From Tubulanus polymorphus (taxonomy: Eukaryota > Animalia > Nemertea): a stretch of DNA of 64,000 nt. Below are positions 43,101 to 54,500 of the stretch, piece by piece (the first letter of the stretch is position 1; every line of letters begins with the position of its first letter). The DNA is taken from contig NC_134029.1 in assembly GCF_964204645.1 (NCBI RefSeq), positions 24,809,479 through 24,873,478 of the forward strand, read 5' to 3'. The translations under genes were made by a program, and so were the position numbers. The notes beneath the pieces are model-generated. The model was not told the origin of the DNA, searched no databases, and saw nothing but the letters and a program-made list of their open reading frames with translations.

Positions 43101-46100
43101 TGAACCATCACCGTGCGTATAACAGTGTTCTGATCCACCGAGCTGCGAAAGGTTCTCAGTGAACCATCACCGTGCGTATAACAGTGTTCTGATCCACCGA
43201 GCTGTGAAAGGTTCTCGGTGAACCATCACCGTGCGTATAACAGTGTTCTGATCCACCGAGCTGTGAAAGGTTCTCGGTGAACCATCACCGTGCGTATAAC
43301 AGTGTTCTGATCCACCGAGCTGTGAAAGGTTCTCAGTGAACCATCACCGTGCGTATAACAGTGTTCTGATCCACCGAGCTGTGAAAGGTTCTCAGTGAAC
43401 CATCACCGTGCGTATAACAGTGTTCTGATCCACCGAGCTGTGAAAGGTTCTCGGTGAACCATCACCGTGCGTATAACAGTGTTCTGATCCACCGAGCTGT
43501 GAAAGGTTCTCGGTGAACCATCACCGTGCGTATAACAGTGTTCTGATCCACCGAGCTGTGAAAGGTTCTCGGTGAACCATCACCGTGCGTATAACAGTGT
43601 TCTGATCCACCGAGCTGTGAAAGGTTCTCGGTGAACCATCACCGTGCGTATAACAGTGTTCTGATCCACCGAGCTGTGAAAGGTTCTCGGTGAACCATCA
43701 CCGTGCGTATAACAGTGTTCTGATCCACCGAGCTGTGAAAGGTTCTCAGTGAACCATCACCGTGCGTACGAGGACGCGATGGATTCAGGTTTAATTTTGG
43801 TTTCCTTACCGTCATCTAGAATCGTCACCACGACACCTCGACCTGTTATATTGTGATTCCATACTGGTATTACGTGTAGGTCTAGTTTAGGTAAACTGGA
43901 TCTAGACCGGGTGTCTCTCTATAAAAAAAAACATTTCCACAATCATCAAACGCGCGCACTTTAAACATCCAGTTGTGTTTCATCAATGACAATTGATTCA
44001 TTATCGAAATCGATATAAAATCGGAATGCTTATCAAAATGAACATTATTGAAATGGTAATCAGATAATCTGAAAATTGGTATCAAAATAAGAATTCAATA
44101 ATTCTATCATAAGTTGAGGTAATTTTGATATTCTAAAAACGTCGATGATGCAAAACTTACAAGATACCATTCAACGGGCCAGAGTGGATCGTTAAACCTC
44201 TCCGATTCCTCATTCCCATCTCTTAACTCTGAACTCTCGTCATCAGCGAAAATCCCGTCACGTTTTACCCGTTTCACAGCGTATTGCTGCTCAACCCATT
44301 TCACCTGTAAAAAAACATAAATTAACATATCGATTAACAGGTGCGCAGTCACGTGGTTTGATGATAATCAATTATTGCCAGCCAAGAAATAAGATAAGAT
44401 AAGATAAAGGTTGATTCTCCTGACTTGTGTTAAGGAGGTCAATACATGTGTAGCGATGCGTGATTCAGATATTCAAGCAAACTGTAACTTTACATAGTTA
44501 TTAAATACATATCAAATTGAGGAGATTTATTGATTTAATTTCAACTTTAGTATCGGAGGAAACTAGAATTAGTTACAAATATTTATTGTTTAAACGGTTT
44601 GGAAAGTTTTAGAAACCGCGTAATCAAAAATAATCACTGGCAATATTAACTATATAAATAATAATGATCAGGCACCATTCACGCCCCAGTGTGGGCACAT
44701 TGGGAACTGCGGTTTAAAATGATAGTCATTTAGTTTTAACGATGAGGATGAAATTAGATTCGATCAGTCGAAAATACTTGAATATTCAAAATATTTATTC
44801 ACTGCGGCAGGTGACGGTTTGAATTTGAAATTCAATCTTGTATCGATTAACAGAAAGTGACAGTGTATTTAGCATATACACATAGTGAATTTCAGCTATA
44901 TCAAAAACGCGCTATTTTTCTATAGAACAATCGAATTGAGTTTTACGATTCAATGATTGAGAGTGAATAGTCGCTGCACCTGACTGGTCACCAATCACTA
45001 GACTGACCGGTCAAACCTAATTACCTAATACAGCTCAGTGGTCTAGTGGTTAGCGTGCTCGACTGGCACGCTGGAGTTCCGGGTTCGAATCTAGGGTTAG
45101 GGTTATGGACGAGCTTGGGTTAGGTTTATGGACGAGCTAGGGTTAGGGTTATGGACGAGCTGGGGTTAGGGTGTGGGGCTATTTTGGGTCAGGCGACCGT
45201 TAATTTCAGTGTTTTTCACATTCTCATTTTACCTAAAAGAGGCCTTTTTTAGTTGGGAATTTCGATTGTTTTGTAATTAAGAACTGTTGTTCAATATTCC
45301 TAGCTATGAGCGCTCATAAACAGAGACAAATTCATCGCACTAAATCGATTCAAATTTATCTTGATTAGTTCGGGTTTTTGTGCAAAGTATTATAGCTTGA
45401 GAATATTTTTCCCACAAATACTGATACTGTTATCTAATACGTGACTGATTCTCCAGTACAATATGTTTAGAGTTGAGGGTTGCGCTGCTGTGGTCTCTAC
45501 ACACTTTATAAAAGTGTCCCATGAATAATGAATAAAGAGTGTCGTGTCGCAGGCCGTCGCGAGTCCAGGCGCCCCGATGAACAACATACTGACTAATGTT
45601 ATTTGAAACCTGTTTCATCAAACTCTGCATCAGGAAAAACCGGTCAACAATTACTCGTCGAAGCCCCGTCTCTGTTCATCAACACTTCCAACCCGCTATT
45701 AACACATCGGTATCAAACCTATTAACACCTACAGGCTCGATTGACGTAATTGATGCCGTTATCGCTAACTCACTACGAGTTCAACTCAACCCGTACAGTA
45801 GGAATATAAGTACTTATTTCATCGGGGATTAGCGGTAAAAACCTATTCGACGAAAGAAAGAAATAAGGGAAAGTAAGAATAGACTGAGGGAGAGAGAGGG
45901 AGAGAGGGAGGGAGAGAGGGAGAGAGGGAGAGAGGGAGAGAGGGAGAGAGAGAGAGAGAGAGGGAGATAGGGAGACAGAGAGAGAGGGATATACGTAGCA
46001 AGTTGTAAACTGCGGAATTGTAAAATGAGAATTCCTGAAATTCCTTCACTGATTGTCGCCAACAACTATAAAACATCAAACCCTCCTATACACCATCATA

Positions 46101-49100
46101 ACAACTAATTACCCTCACTCACCACAGCCTGCCCTTACTCACTCACCACAGCTGCTCGTGTATCCCTCACCTAGCTGTGAACCACTGCGATGAGTGAGTT
46201 AGTTACATACTGTAATTAATCTGTGGACCTGAAAGAGGTGTCGACAATCAAGCACAAACTTCTCAATCCCTCCCTCTCCCCTCTCTTTCCCCATCTCTGC
46301 TCACCTCCCTCCTCCACCTCACCCGCCCCCTCCCCCTCTCTCTCTATCTACACCTTGGTCAATTCTGATGCGAAATCCAGATTCCAAATTCTACGAAATC
46401 TTTTCTTCATTTCTACGATGAAGTAAAACAATTAAATCATCCATTTAAAATCGAGAAGATTCATTCGTATTTTTCAAAGCATAAATTCTAGCAATTAACT
46501 CAGATGTGGCGCGAATGTATAGAGTGAGCCGAGAGAGAGACGAATTATGAGTAAATAGCCTCATAACTCTTACATCACACAACGGCTTCTAAAGATTTAA
46601 TATAACCTGACAAATATATCCTTGAGGTTTAGTAGAGAGTGAGGGAGCGAGAGGGAGAGAGAGTGAGAGATCGAGAGGGAGAGAGAGTGAGAGAGCGAGA
46701 GGGAGAGAGAGGGAGAGAGGGAGAGAGGGAGAGAGGGAGAGAGGGAGAGAGGGAGGGAGAGAGAGAGGGAGGGAGAGAGAGGGAGAGAGGGAGAGAGAGA
46801 GAGAGAGGGAGGGAGAGAGAGAGGGTGAGAGGGAGAGAGGGAGAGAGGGAGAGAGGGATAGCAAGGAGATGAACGTGGCTCTTTAAGAAAGCGTTTATAA
46901 CATCGACAGCTAAAGGGTAGAGTATTTAATGACGTCACTACCGCTCGCTGCTCATTGAGATCGAGTATTTACTCGGTTATTATTCAGGACTGAATGAGGA
47001 AGAGAATGTGGACACCTGATGTAAATAGACTGATGACTTTAAACAAGTCAGCAGCGCAGCGCTACTTACTGTCAGTCGTCTTATTGATGTCATTACGCGC
47101 AAACCATTTTAAATATTCATCGGTGCGGGAACCACTTCTGGCTGCCCCCATAACCCTCCCAGCATCCTCCGTATCATAACATTTCTATTATCATCCATAT
47201 ACTAACGCGTAAAGATATTACGATCTGCCAAAATCAATTTGATATTTCACGTTATAAGGACAGAAATTTGGAGTTAAATTCAAAGCTTTAATATTCGTTT
47301 AATTAAAGCGGAATCGTGCATCAGTGCGAGTCGTTTACACGATTTTACATGAGACTTATAAACACAGAATAAATAAACACCTCTAAAGACGGCTCTAGAC
47401 GCAGTGTTAGTAAGTTAACACTTTAATGAGTTTAGTTCGGCGGTTAACACTAAATCTGTAGTCACTCGATACATCGGAGAACCGAGTTTTATTGTTTACC
47501 GGGGCGATGTGGGTTTCATTGTTTAATGTCGACGGTGGTTTGATTGTTTGAAGCGATCAGATCAAATACACCACGGGCAGCTGCAGCTGCGGCAGTAGTA
47601 GCAGCAGCAGCAGCAGCCCCCAGCCCAGGTAGTGACTGCAAGTCTATTCGTCTGAATACATATAAACCCATCTCATGAATACAGCACCTAGCTTACTGTT
47701 TAAACAATACCAAACTCAACTGTCAATGTTTGTTGTCACAGCTGTGTATCATATATATTTACTTATTGGTAGCGAGATCCAACCCATAACATCCCGGAGG
47801 CCTAGTCAGCCAGGGTACTACGGGCCTAGTCAGCCAGGGTACTACAGGCCTAGTCAGCCAGGGTACTACAAGCCCAGTCAGCCAGGGTACTGTACAGGTC
47901 AGGGTATACTGTAGTAATTGACACCCACTCGGTGACTACGCGGCTCGTTCTAAAAGCAGCAGATTTTGAAGATAGACTAAAAGAACGAACTGTTAGAGAT
48001 TTAGCAGTGATTGTTATTCAGCTATTATCAGCGCGCGTGTTTTAACCCGAACAGGATAAACTGAGAGAGGTGGAGGGTAGGGGAGGGGGATGCTCGGTCA
48101 CATCCGGTGTAATCATGACTCGCGTTATCTCCCATGATTCCCCTCGACAGGAAACACGTGACTACCCGCTGATAACTCGTTTAATTATGAAAAAAGCGGA
48201 TATTACTTAGAGTCACGTGGTCATCGTCACAGTGATGATTACAATCAGTTTTAGGGATTATTTTGTGTGCGAGTAAATTATTTCTACGGCGGAGACAAAC
48301 AGTAAGGGATGATTGATAGACAGTCAGAGAGAGAGAGAGAGGAGAGGGGAGTGGTGGGGGGGGGGGTTACTGCTGGTGAGGCGATTGATGTGAACAAAAC
48401 TTGAACGCCCCATTTTACCGTACGGTGCTGCCGCTATGCTCATCGTTAGCGGATATTTCATACACTAACATGAGCCGACCCTGGCAGTTGAGTCGCATAG
48501 ATTGCCAGGGTCGGTTCGTGTTAGTGTATGAACAATCCGCTAACGATGAGCATAGCGGCAGCACCGTACGGTAAAATGAGACCGATCTTTCCTGATTTTT
48601 TTGTTAAATTCAGCTGAGAATTTGCTCATTAGAAATAGTTTCGACGCTTCATTTTTTCGTCGTCTCAAGGTTTATAAATCACGTAGGAATTAGATTTCTT
48701 TCGGAAAATACTGAAACAGGTTTTTGAATTTGCAGAACTATTTAGAATTTTTGGTTGAAATAACTTAAGTTTTTTTAGGTTATAATCTGAACAGGTGTAA
48801 ATTTTATTTTCATTTCGACTGACTGAGACAATCGACATACAAGATCGAAGATGATTTCAGATGAATTGAGCTGATCTCGGATGTTTTAGTGTCTGACCAG
48901 AGTCAGAAACTTATTTTTCTTGATTTTGAATAATTTTTGTTCACTGAAAATCAGTTCCTCTTTCTATTAAGTTTGTTTTATACAATAATTCACTAAACGA
49001 CTGTTTTAGTTCTGTATATGTGTAGCAGCAGCAGCAGCAGCAGCAGCAGCCGCTACTCCCTCCGCTACCGAGAAGATGATAAGTTCATTATGTAAACAAT

Positions 49101-49678
49101 GATTTCCTAGTGTAACTCTGTTTTAAGTGTCGTCACTGCTTCCAATTACTTCAAATAAACTGCTAACTGCTGTAATTACTAATTGTGTATTCCTTACAGA
49201 GTCTTACAGGATATACAGACTCTCCACACGCACACACTCTCTCACACTCTCTCTCACTCTCTCTCACTGAACTGCGGCTATTAACTCTTCGAATGGTTGT
49301 CATTGGAAAGTGAAATTTCAAACGGACTTCCAGATCGTCACGATGCACAGTTTCTAAAATCATCGAAATATTCGAAATATCGAAATATGTTATTGAATAA
49401 TTTGATAATCAAATTGATTTGAAATTCTAACTTTATACGAATCAATTTCAGTCGATATTTTAAACCAGATAACTGTGGAACTGAGTCCTGTCTGGAGTCT
49501 GTAGAATTCAGAATTCGTCTTTGAATCCCGTAAACATATTTCATATAGCGAGATATTCAGATTGAAGACTTACCCGTTCATCGGCGGCTAAAGTTCTTGT
49601 GTGATGATCTGCACTTCTTTTAGATCGACTCGGGTGATCAGATCTTATAAATAAATAGTGATCATCTAGTGGTTCGAT
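22113..49678 (-). CDS. PCSK1: Neuroendocrine/prohormone convertase 1 (PC1/3). Exons approx. 49574-49678, 44161-44305, 43810-43918, 42692-42729, 42520-42596, 38217-38305, 37968-38140, 37619-37832, 37446-37546, 28232-28461, 24898-25037, 24562-24695, 23695-23835, 22113-22581. Signal-peptide exon not found
   Basis: Prodomain [13 protein letters not shown] and VKRVKR cleavage site. Catalytic motifs [34 protein letters not shown] and [10 protein letters not shown] domain LEHVQV...[17 protein letters not shown]1-type [19 protein letters not shown] and YNKVKNDR. No Cys-rich or transmembrane tail, so not furin or PC5. Confidence 0.93.
24263..24615. repeat. 87-bp tandem repeat (4 copies) of a PC1/3 exon 3' end plus donor
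   Basis: Minus strand [18 protein letters not shown]|gtaagt repeated, with donors at 24561, 24474, 24387 and 24300. Confidence 0.95.
25299..25824. repeat. 68-bp minisatellite (about 8 copies), intronic
   Basis: Unit tgtcatctcaatgtgtgacgtgttatcagtgatcatacccatcatacccatataaacaccactggcag. Confidence 0.95.
25817..28015. repeat. 21-bp minisatellite (about 105 copies), intronic, G-free on the + strand
   Basis: Unit catacccaccacctactccac. Confidence 0.97.
29353..30623 (+). repeat. 5' LTR
   Basis: Direct repeat of 35425-36695 with no differences seen by eye. TATA-like ctataaaagg near 29686 and AATAAA near 30470. Confidence 0.96.
30614..30738 (+). promoter_or_regulatory. Primer-binding site complementary to the tRNA-Phe(GAA) 3' end, in four tandem 32-bp units
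   Basis: TGGTGCCGAAACCCGGGA is the reverse complement of TCCCGGGTTTCGGCA-CCA, the conserved metazoan tRNA-Phe 3' end. The first copy starts 1 nt after the LTR. Confidence 0.93.
30892..31255 (-). repeat. Array of seven tRNA T-arm/B-box hairpins in the retroelement leader
   Basis: 17-nt motifs start at 30892, 30955, 31003, 31066, 31128, 31188 and 31239. Minus-strand consensus GTGGG-TTCGAAT-CCCAC. Confidence 0.85.
31330..32388 (+). CDS. gag: Retrotransposon Gag (capsid plus CCHC zinc knuckle), 352 aa
   Basis: LPKFTG....V.DWF..F......GW.......L...L.GPA capsid pattern, [13 protein letters not shown] (major-homology-region-like), and [14 protein letters not shown]. Confidence 0.93.
   Translation: MSTGGETTYGAGGSRERSAVSNDTVLQALSGLREQVDTATAFMNFSLLPKFTGRDDQCVTDWFKGFDRLADLRGWNDDAKKKQLYWFLAGPALILFNDLRIDQGTDATGGKVVTPWENIVRAFCAQFSPTSWALVKESALTTMRQGETQPVDRFAEEIDRVASSLKFSDHQKKMLLINNSRPDISVYLLSQRPTTFRDAWEAARMAEHIEQRKALSSPKVSQIGTEPNKAMGDVMAELRDMFRQIMDIQKSTRTQQNDRATFYSESRPLQRSQDGQVVCFQCHAPGHYARNCPTWRYDQQRSPNRDAFQRDNRRPQNASRGHFRSQNLGHDSQRVNRTFGQGNDRRPHPMDR
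32337..34481 (+). CDS. -1 frame ORF: long acidic spacer plus retropepsin protease; no RT, RNase H or integrase
   Basis: [12 protein letters not shown] and FILGVDFL protease motifs. Asp/Tyr-rich N-terminal part. No YxDD, HHCC or DDE motif in this ORF or in the ORFs listed for the rest of the internal region. Confidence 0.85.
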   Translation, partial: SNIWSGKRPETSSYGPIRVGSRNEWSTEPSPDSLIRSDYWWDDTYSGYHSYDDDSPVIDDYIFDDDDDDDDYYYLEDDRDDIFDMSFDQGDMLADSVDDYFEPEGNCNADYLDDTEPLHLDKFIDYHTPSWGADDVYDIQDRNFGDSWRDNSQLSLDGNFYMDQGSNFEDIWRDNSQLSATYEHIKRHRRVTFSDPVKLQEVRADMACSGDNISIDRSHPRGVNGPTDSAEDDLFRDRKSHLDCHEGAFDQYRYPATSESAIQCDLVSSDSSSSNNSRSECLNDQSNMETILSKISSQESMSENLCHSFERGQHFPVTSNASSFHHPVGDGMSHEQDRGQVVLTSKPNMPINEKVGIGDSNSDCQPTVHCQEQFPPVTMTLGNTSTNDIGSFSSQNNTIGQEAYSPSIMATAANRVTGSHSGTPLNILIDTGADISVVSNNYFINHPQISNGPLQEGQFQSARGVDGTKFYLKGVISVDFVLGNLDVSHSMYVVDGVTSDFILGVDFLERNQAVIDYAKKALLLPGADIIYFSNDVILGKSSSVKVTRMTVIPPSCDVTVDRKWLIDKSQSSIAAFEPAHDLRMRDLMSARSVVSVMPSRHRLRVTNPTSRHVTLFEDTCRSDSWTDGWSLDRSLKTEAKSGQLPRPPEVSITHVEDPQTSDEICTLIGCVKMGPSRYDSTLMEECLLLSAAIDVDGYPPDSDHMEMGTCWEVS
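32352..32415 (+). promoter_or_regulatory. -1 programmed ribosomal frameshift signal
   Basis: Slippery heptamer G GGA AAC in the gag frame (32352-32358), a 7-nt spacer, then an 11-bp stem gacctcatcct/agggtggggtc. The -1 frame is open from 32337. Confidence 0.8.
35425..36695 (+). repeat. 3' LTR
   Basis: Direct repeat of the 5' LTR, preceded by hairpin aaatttcg-gga-cgaaattt (35388-35406) and a purine-rich tract. Confidence 0.96.
38400..39507. repeat. About 120-150-bp tandem repeat (about 8 copies) with a variable G-run core
   Basis: Constant tgacgtaggttagatttcattggaaacaac...gggccctagagcc plus variable numbers of ggggaggggcggtgta subunits. Confidence 0.93.
43026..43768. repeat. 59-bp minisatellite (about 12.5 copies), intronic
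   Basis: Unit gtgaaaggttctcggtgaaccatcaccgtgcgtataacagtgttctgatccaccgagct. Confidence 0.96.
44977..45175 (+). mobile_element. tRNA-like interspersed element with a TTAGGG-containing tail
   Basis: A box tggtctagtgg and B box ggttcgaatc, followed by tagggttagggtta repeats. The 5' part (gactggtcacca.tcac) is shared with 57862-58070. Confidence 0.65.
46635..46860. repeat. GA-rich polypurine low-complexity tract (similar tracts at 45886-45990, 51318-51502, 52982-53252, 61278-61380)
   Basis: (GA)n and (GAGAGAGG)n runs. Confidence 0.9.
48411..48578. repeat. Long inverted repeat/foldback (about 78-bp arms, about 12-nt loop)
   Basis: cattttaccgtacggtgctgccgctatgctcatcgttagcggat...ctggcagt pairs with attgccagg...atccgctaacgatgagcatagcggcagcaccgtacggtaaaatg. 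Confidence 0.92.
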
Positions 49679-49793
49679 CTGTAAATACAGTATAACATAT
49701 CTATAGAAAATAGTGATCATCTAGTGGTTCGATCTGTAAATACAGTATAACATATCTATAGAAAATAGTGATCATCTAGTGGTTCGATCTGTA
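49652..49793. repeat. 55-bp tandem repeat (about 2.6 copies) of a PC1/3 acceptor plus exon 5' end
   Basis: Minus strand tacag|ATCGAACCACTAGATGATCACTATTT occurs three times, with AG at 49679-80, 49734-35 and 49789-90. Confidence 0.9.
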
Positions 49794-51338
49794 TACTCGA
49801 TATTTACAACATCGATCAAGATTGATGAAATATTTTCAAAGTAATTTTTCTGGACGATTTAAAATCATTGATTACGGATAAATTTCTATCAGAATTCTAA
49901 ATTCATCTCTTATTAAACCTGTTGTAGAATGAACAGAACAGTTACACTCGGGTTATTGAACAAATCTTATAACATAAACTTTGTATTATTAAATATAAGT
50001 CGATGAGCGCATGCGCAGCCGCATTAGAGGTTTATTTACCGCCCAAACAGCAGACAAACAAAATCAATACAATTCAAATCCGATAAGTGTCGATATTAAT
50101 AATAGTTGTAACAATTTCACTTTAGATATCGATTAGATATCAATCAATCAATGGAATAATTAATTAGCGAGTCAACCAGCCATTCAGTCAGCCGGCCGGC
50201 CGGGCGGTCGGTCAGTCAGTCAGTCAGTCAGTCAGCCAGCCAGTCAGTCAGCCAGCCAGCCAGCCAGTCAGTCAGCCAGTCAGGTGTAGGTGTAGTGTTT
50301 ATCCAAATATCCTGCAATAACTAATGTACGGTGGTAATATCGGATGTGTTGACTGGTCACCACAAATCTCAGTGGGAATCCTGACTCATACAATACCGGT
50401 AGTTGACAAACTAAATTGAAATCTATAAGGCAACATGCTGATAGTATCCTGAATATATTATTAAACCACCTCTTACTCAATATTACTTATTTGACGTTTT
50501 GAATGGAACCAGAAATAGAACGGTTACTGATATTTAGATTCAGATTGACACGTTTATTTATCTATAATTATGTAATTCTGATGACGAGGCGACGGCTACT
50601 GCTGCAGACTTTAGTTCTACTCCACTCAATGACCTCAAGAGTTATATCTCTAAACCCGGTCTATAAAATATCAAAAATAAACCCCGAAGTTTGAAATTTG
50701 AGACTTATTTTCATAGGACCTGGTTGCAATATCTGTAGAGTTTGTTTTCATCAGATGGACAGCTATAGACGAACTAAAAGCGAGGGTAATTGAAGAGACG
50801 TGATCCATAGTTGACAATACTCCGGGGACTATCTATCCGGTTTACTGTACTGAAACCGCCAACACAAATAAAATGTTAAAAATTGTTTGACATTTGAATG
50901 TGTATTTTTGACGATTAATTTCCATGTAATATTTGTATTGAGCAAGTATAGGGTAACGGGGAGCGGGTATGGGGGATATGGGGAGGGCGATGATGTACTA
51001 TGTTTGTCGATGAAATGACTCGAGCACACTACGCTCCATTAAGGTGCTATGAAAAATATATTTGCGAAGCATTTGAAATTTGTAATTGACTACGCGCAGC
51101 CCTATCAACTGAGCAAATCCCGCGAGAAACTGCGAGAAATAACATCTCGCAATATCCAAATATACTACGCATTTTCATCAGCGAAGAATTATGATAATAA
51201 TTTTGTTTTTTTTTAGGAGGAGGGGATTTCAGTTAATGTCTTCGTAACATATCCGCTTAAACTTCGGCTTCGGAGAAAACACTTAAACTTCCATGAATAC
51301 CAGTAATCAGTAAAATCCCCCCTCTCTCTCTCTCTCTC

Positions 51339-51446
<108 letters not shown>

Positions 51447-51468
51447 CCTCCCTCCCTCCCTCCCTCCT

Positions 51469-51502
<34 letters not shown>

Positions 51503-54500
51503 ATGGTATCATTGAATTATCGCTTTTAACACGTTCAGATATAAATTATCATGTTTAAAAACTGTTAATGAAATTTTCCTAAATTCTCGGTAATAGATAA
51601 CGCACAAACAATTATTCATATATAGCATTAGCACCTATAACTCTGCGGGGGGGGGGAGGAGTGCCAGCTATGGAACTAACTTTCCATATTTTCTCCACAT
51701 GGTAAGGTTACAATGTATTATATCTAATTGTTGGATGTATTTCATAGTTAGGAACGGATATCGCGAATAGTTGATTTGAGCGCGTATGGTGTTCACTGGG
51801 TAGGTATCGCTGGAGGGGCGTAGGGGCGTAGGGCTGGACGGACGGAGGGGCGTAGGGGGTTCGGATATTGCCCCTCGATAACCATCAGATTTCTGATGCT
51901 TTCATTTGCATCAGTTTCATATCAACTCATGATTCAACGATTGAAATGAACCTGTTGGATTGTGTCACCCCCAGCAGCAGCGCAGTATAGACTATTAACC
52001 CAACAATACAAACCCTATTAAACCGTTAATGCACATATGGAAATCGTGACGTCACTCAGATACGTGGACCCGCCACGTGTTAATGAACGAACGCTTTACT
52101 TCCGGTTTTAATATCCGTATTTAAGGAGTTCTATAATCTGTGTGCGAATGAATTGTGATATTGTGTAAATACCCACTGCGCCCCTCCTCAATCCGCCCTC
52201 CTCCCCTTGCGCCCCTCCTCAATCCGCCCTCCTCCCCTTGCGCCCCTCCTCAATCCGCCCTCCTCCCCTTCTCTCATTATATGCAGGTACTGATACCACG
52301 ATAAATGATTTATTAATGACTAGTAATAATAATATATATAATTCTATAAATCTCTCAAGATCATCCACGGTTAAATACTCAGTATTCAACACACTTGACA
52401 TATTAAACATATCATATTTACGTCAAATACTTGAAATTGGGAACGGGACCGGAGACACCCACCACATCGGAGCCCCACACGGGTGCGCCCGGAGCCCCCA
52501 CGCGGGTGCGCGCGGAGATATCAAGGCCGGTGCTCCTGCTGATGGTTTTTGTGACTCAAGGTGGCAAATGAAATTAAACTTGAGTTCAGCAGGGCCCACT
52601 GCGTGATGCAACTCTAAATTCATTATAGAGTTCATAATCAAACTGGGCCAGTTTCCGGCGCGCAGTTACAGACCGGTCGCTACTGAATGGTTGAGGATCG
52701 TCTTAAAATTAGAATAGATTTACCGGCGGCATCAAGTGATCACTCGTGCGGAACCGAACCTGTCGCGCCAGTACCGCGCTATCAAAGTTAAACGTAACTA
52801 AGACAAAGAGAGAAATAGTTTGAGAAGAAACACGTAGTTTTAATTAAGCGGTGTTGCGCAGTTTGCACGAATAACCAGCACTGAATACAGAATGATAGTT
52901 AAGTATTCATGTTCGCATGGTTCGTTAGTCCTGGAATAGAACGTGACTTCCTTACTAATCACACCGACCACCGACTCAACTTCTCCCTCTCTCTCTCTCC
53001 ATCTCTCCCTCTCTCCCTCTCCCTCCCCATCTCCTGCCTCTTCTCTCCCTCTCCCTCTCCCTCTCCCTCTCCCTCTCCCTCTCCCTCTCCCTCTCCCTCC
53101 CTCTCCCTCTCCCTCTCCCTCTCCCTCTCCCCCTCTCCCTCTTTCTCTCCCTCACCTGCCTCTCTCTTTCTCCCTCTCTCTCCATCTCTCCCTCTTTCTC
53201 TCCCTCTTTCTCTCCCTCTCTCTCCCTCTCTCTTTCTCCCTCTCTCTCTCTTTTATAATTACCAAACAATAACCACTTTCACCTGGTCGCCATAGTGGTT
53301 AGAATTACAGCTGCGCTCACTACCCTCTTATCAGCAGACTCGGCCTTCTTGATTTCTATCTGTTTGTTTCAAGTTGAGCCCTTTCTGCACCACATTAATA
53401 ACAGTTATATTTGAAAAGTTCAAATGGCCATCAGATTCTGGCAGCGCCGTATCATCGTCATCATCATCGTCCTCATCATCAATAGTTGCTGCTGTTGCTG
53501 CTATAATCATCCATTAACGGAAACGCGTTAGTGCGATAAATAGGCAAAGTAAACTAAACATTGAACATCATGTCACAAACTGCGGATCGGAGCGGCGTCG
53601 AGCAGAGAGCGAGCGCCATCAGTTCAGTTTATACTCATGAATTTTGTATGTTTACAATGAGTCAATATACTGTAATAATGACGATAGCGACACAGTCACA
53701 CACTCACTCACTCACACCGATTCGACCGACCATATTTTCATTCATTCTCGAATCATTACACCTAGTTTCAAATTCTTCAATTCAAATCGCATTAGATTCC
53801 ATTAAATCTTAACCCTAAACTCTATTCCTAACTCATCAGGCCCGCCAGCCCGCCAGCCCGTCAGCCAGCCCGCCCGCCAGCCGATAAATTCATCATTTAT
53901 ATCTTCTGAATTTCATAGTGAACTGTCATTTTCCTCAGTAACTCATAGGGGAACTTGAATATCGATTTTTCGCGGAATGAATCGTTTTTTGCTAAATTAA
54001 AAGAAAACCATTTTGATTGTGACAATTCGTAGACACATGTATATCACGCGTGAACGATGCAGGTTAAAACTGGTCGCGTATAAATTCAATAAGGGCAGGT
54101 GGCTTTTTATCAAGTGAAAAATCAATACTTTGATAGACATGTAAAACTGAAATACGTGTATATCAATATAGTATAAGAAAGATATCGGATCAATCAGTGA
54201 ATATTGAACAGGCAATCAGACAGATCTACAGATTGAAACTATTCAAACCCATCATTCGCTGTGAATATATCAACATCGTGTATATGATATTAGCCTAGAA
54301 TTCGACCAAACAACATCCCCGATATAATTGTTATTGTTGTTTTTTCGATCGTTATTTCCTACACGGTTGATGTGCGCTGCTGATGTCCAGTTCTAGCGCG
54401 TCACTTTCATCTAGGATTTGACGGCCGAATACAAATGCCGCTTATATCTGAGAGCGTAGAAGAAGTAAAGCCGTGAATATCTGGCCAAACGTGTCAGTTT

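Noticed and set aside
22113-49678. Furin or PC2 assignment for the convertase
   Set aside because: The oxyanion residue is Asn (WASGNGG; PC2 has Asp), there is no Cys-rich or transmembrane tail, and PC1/3-type motifs are present.
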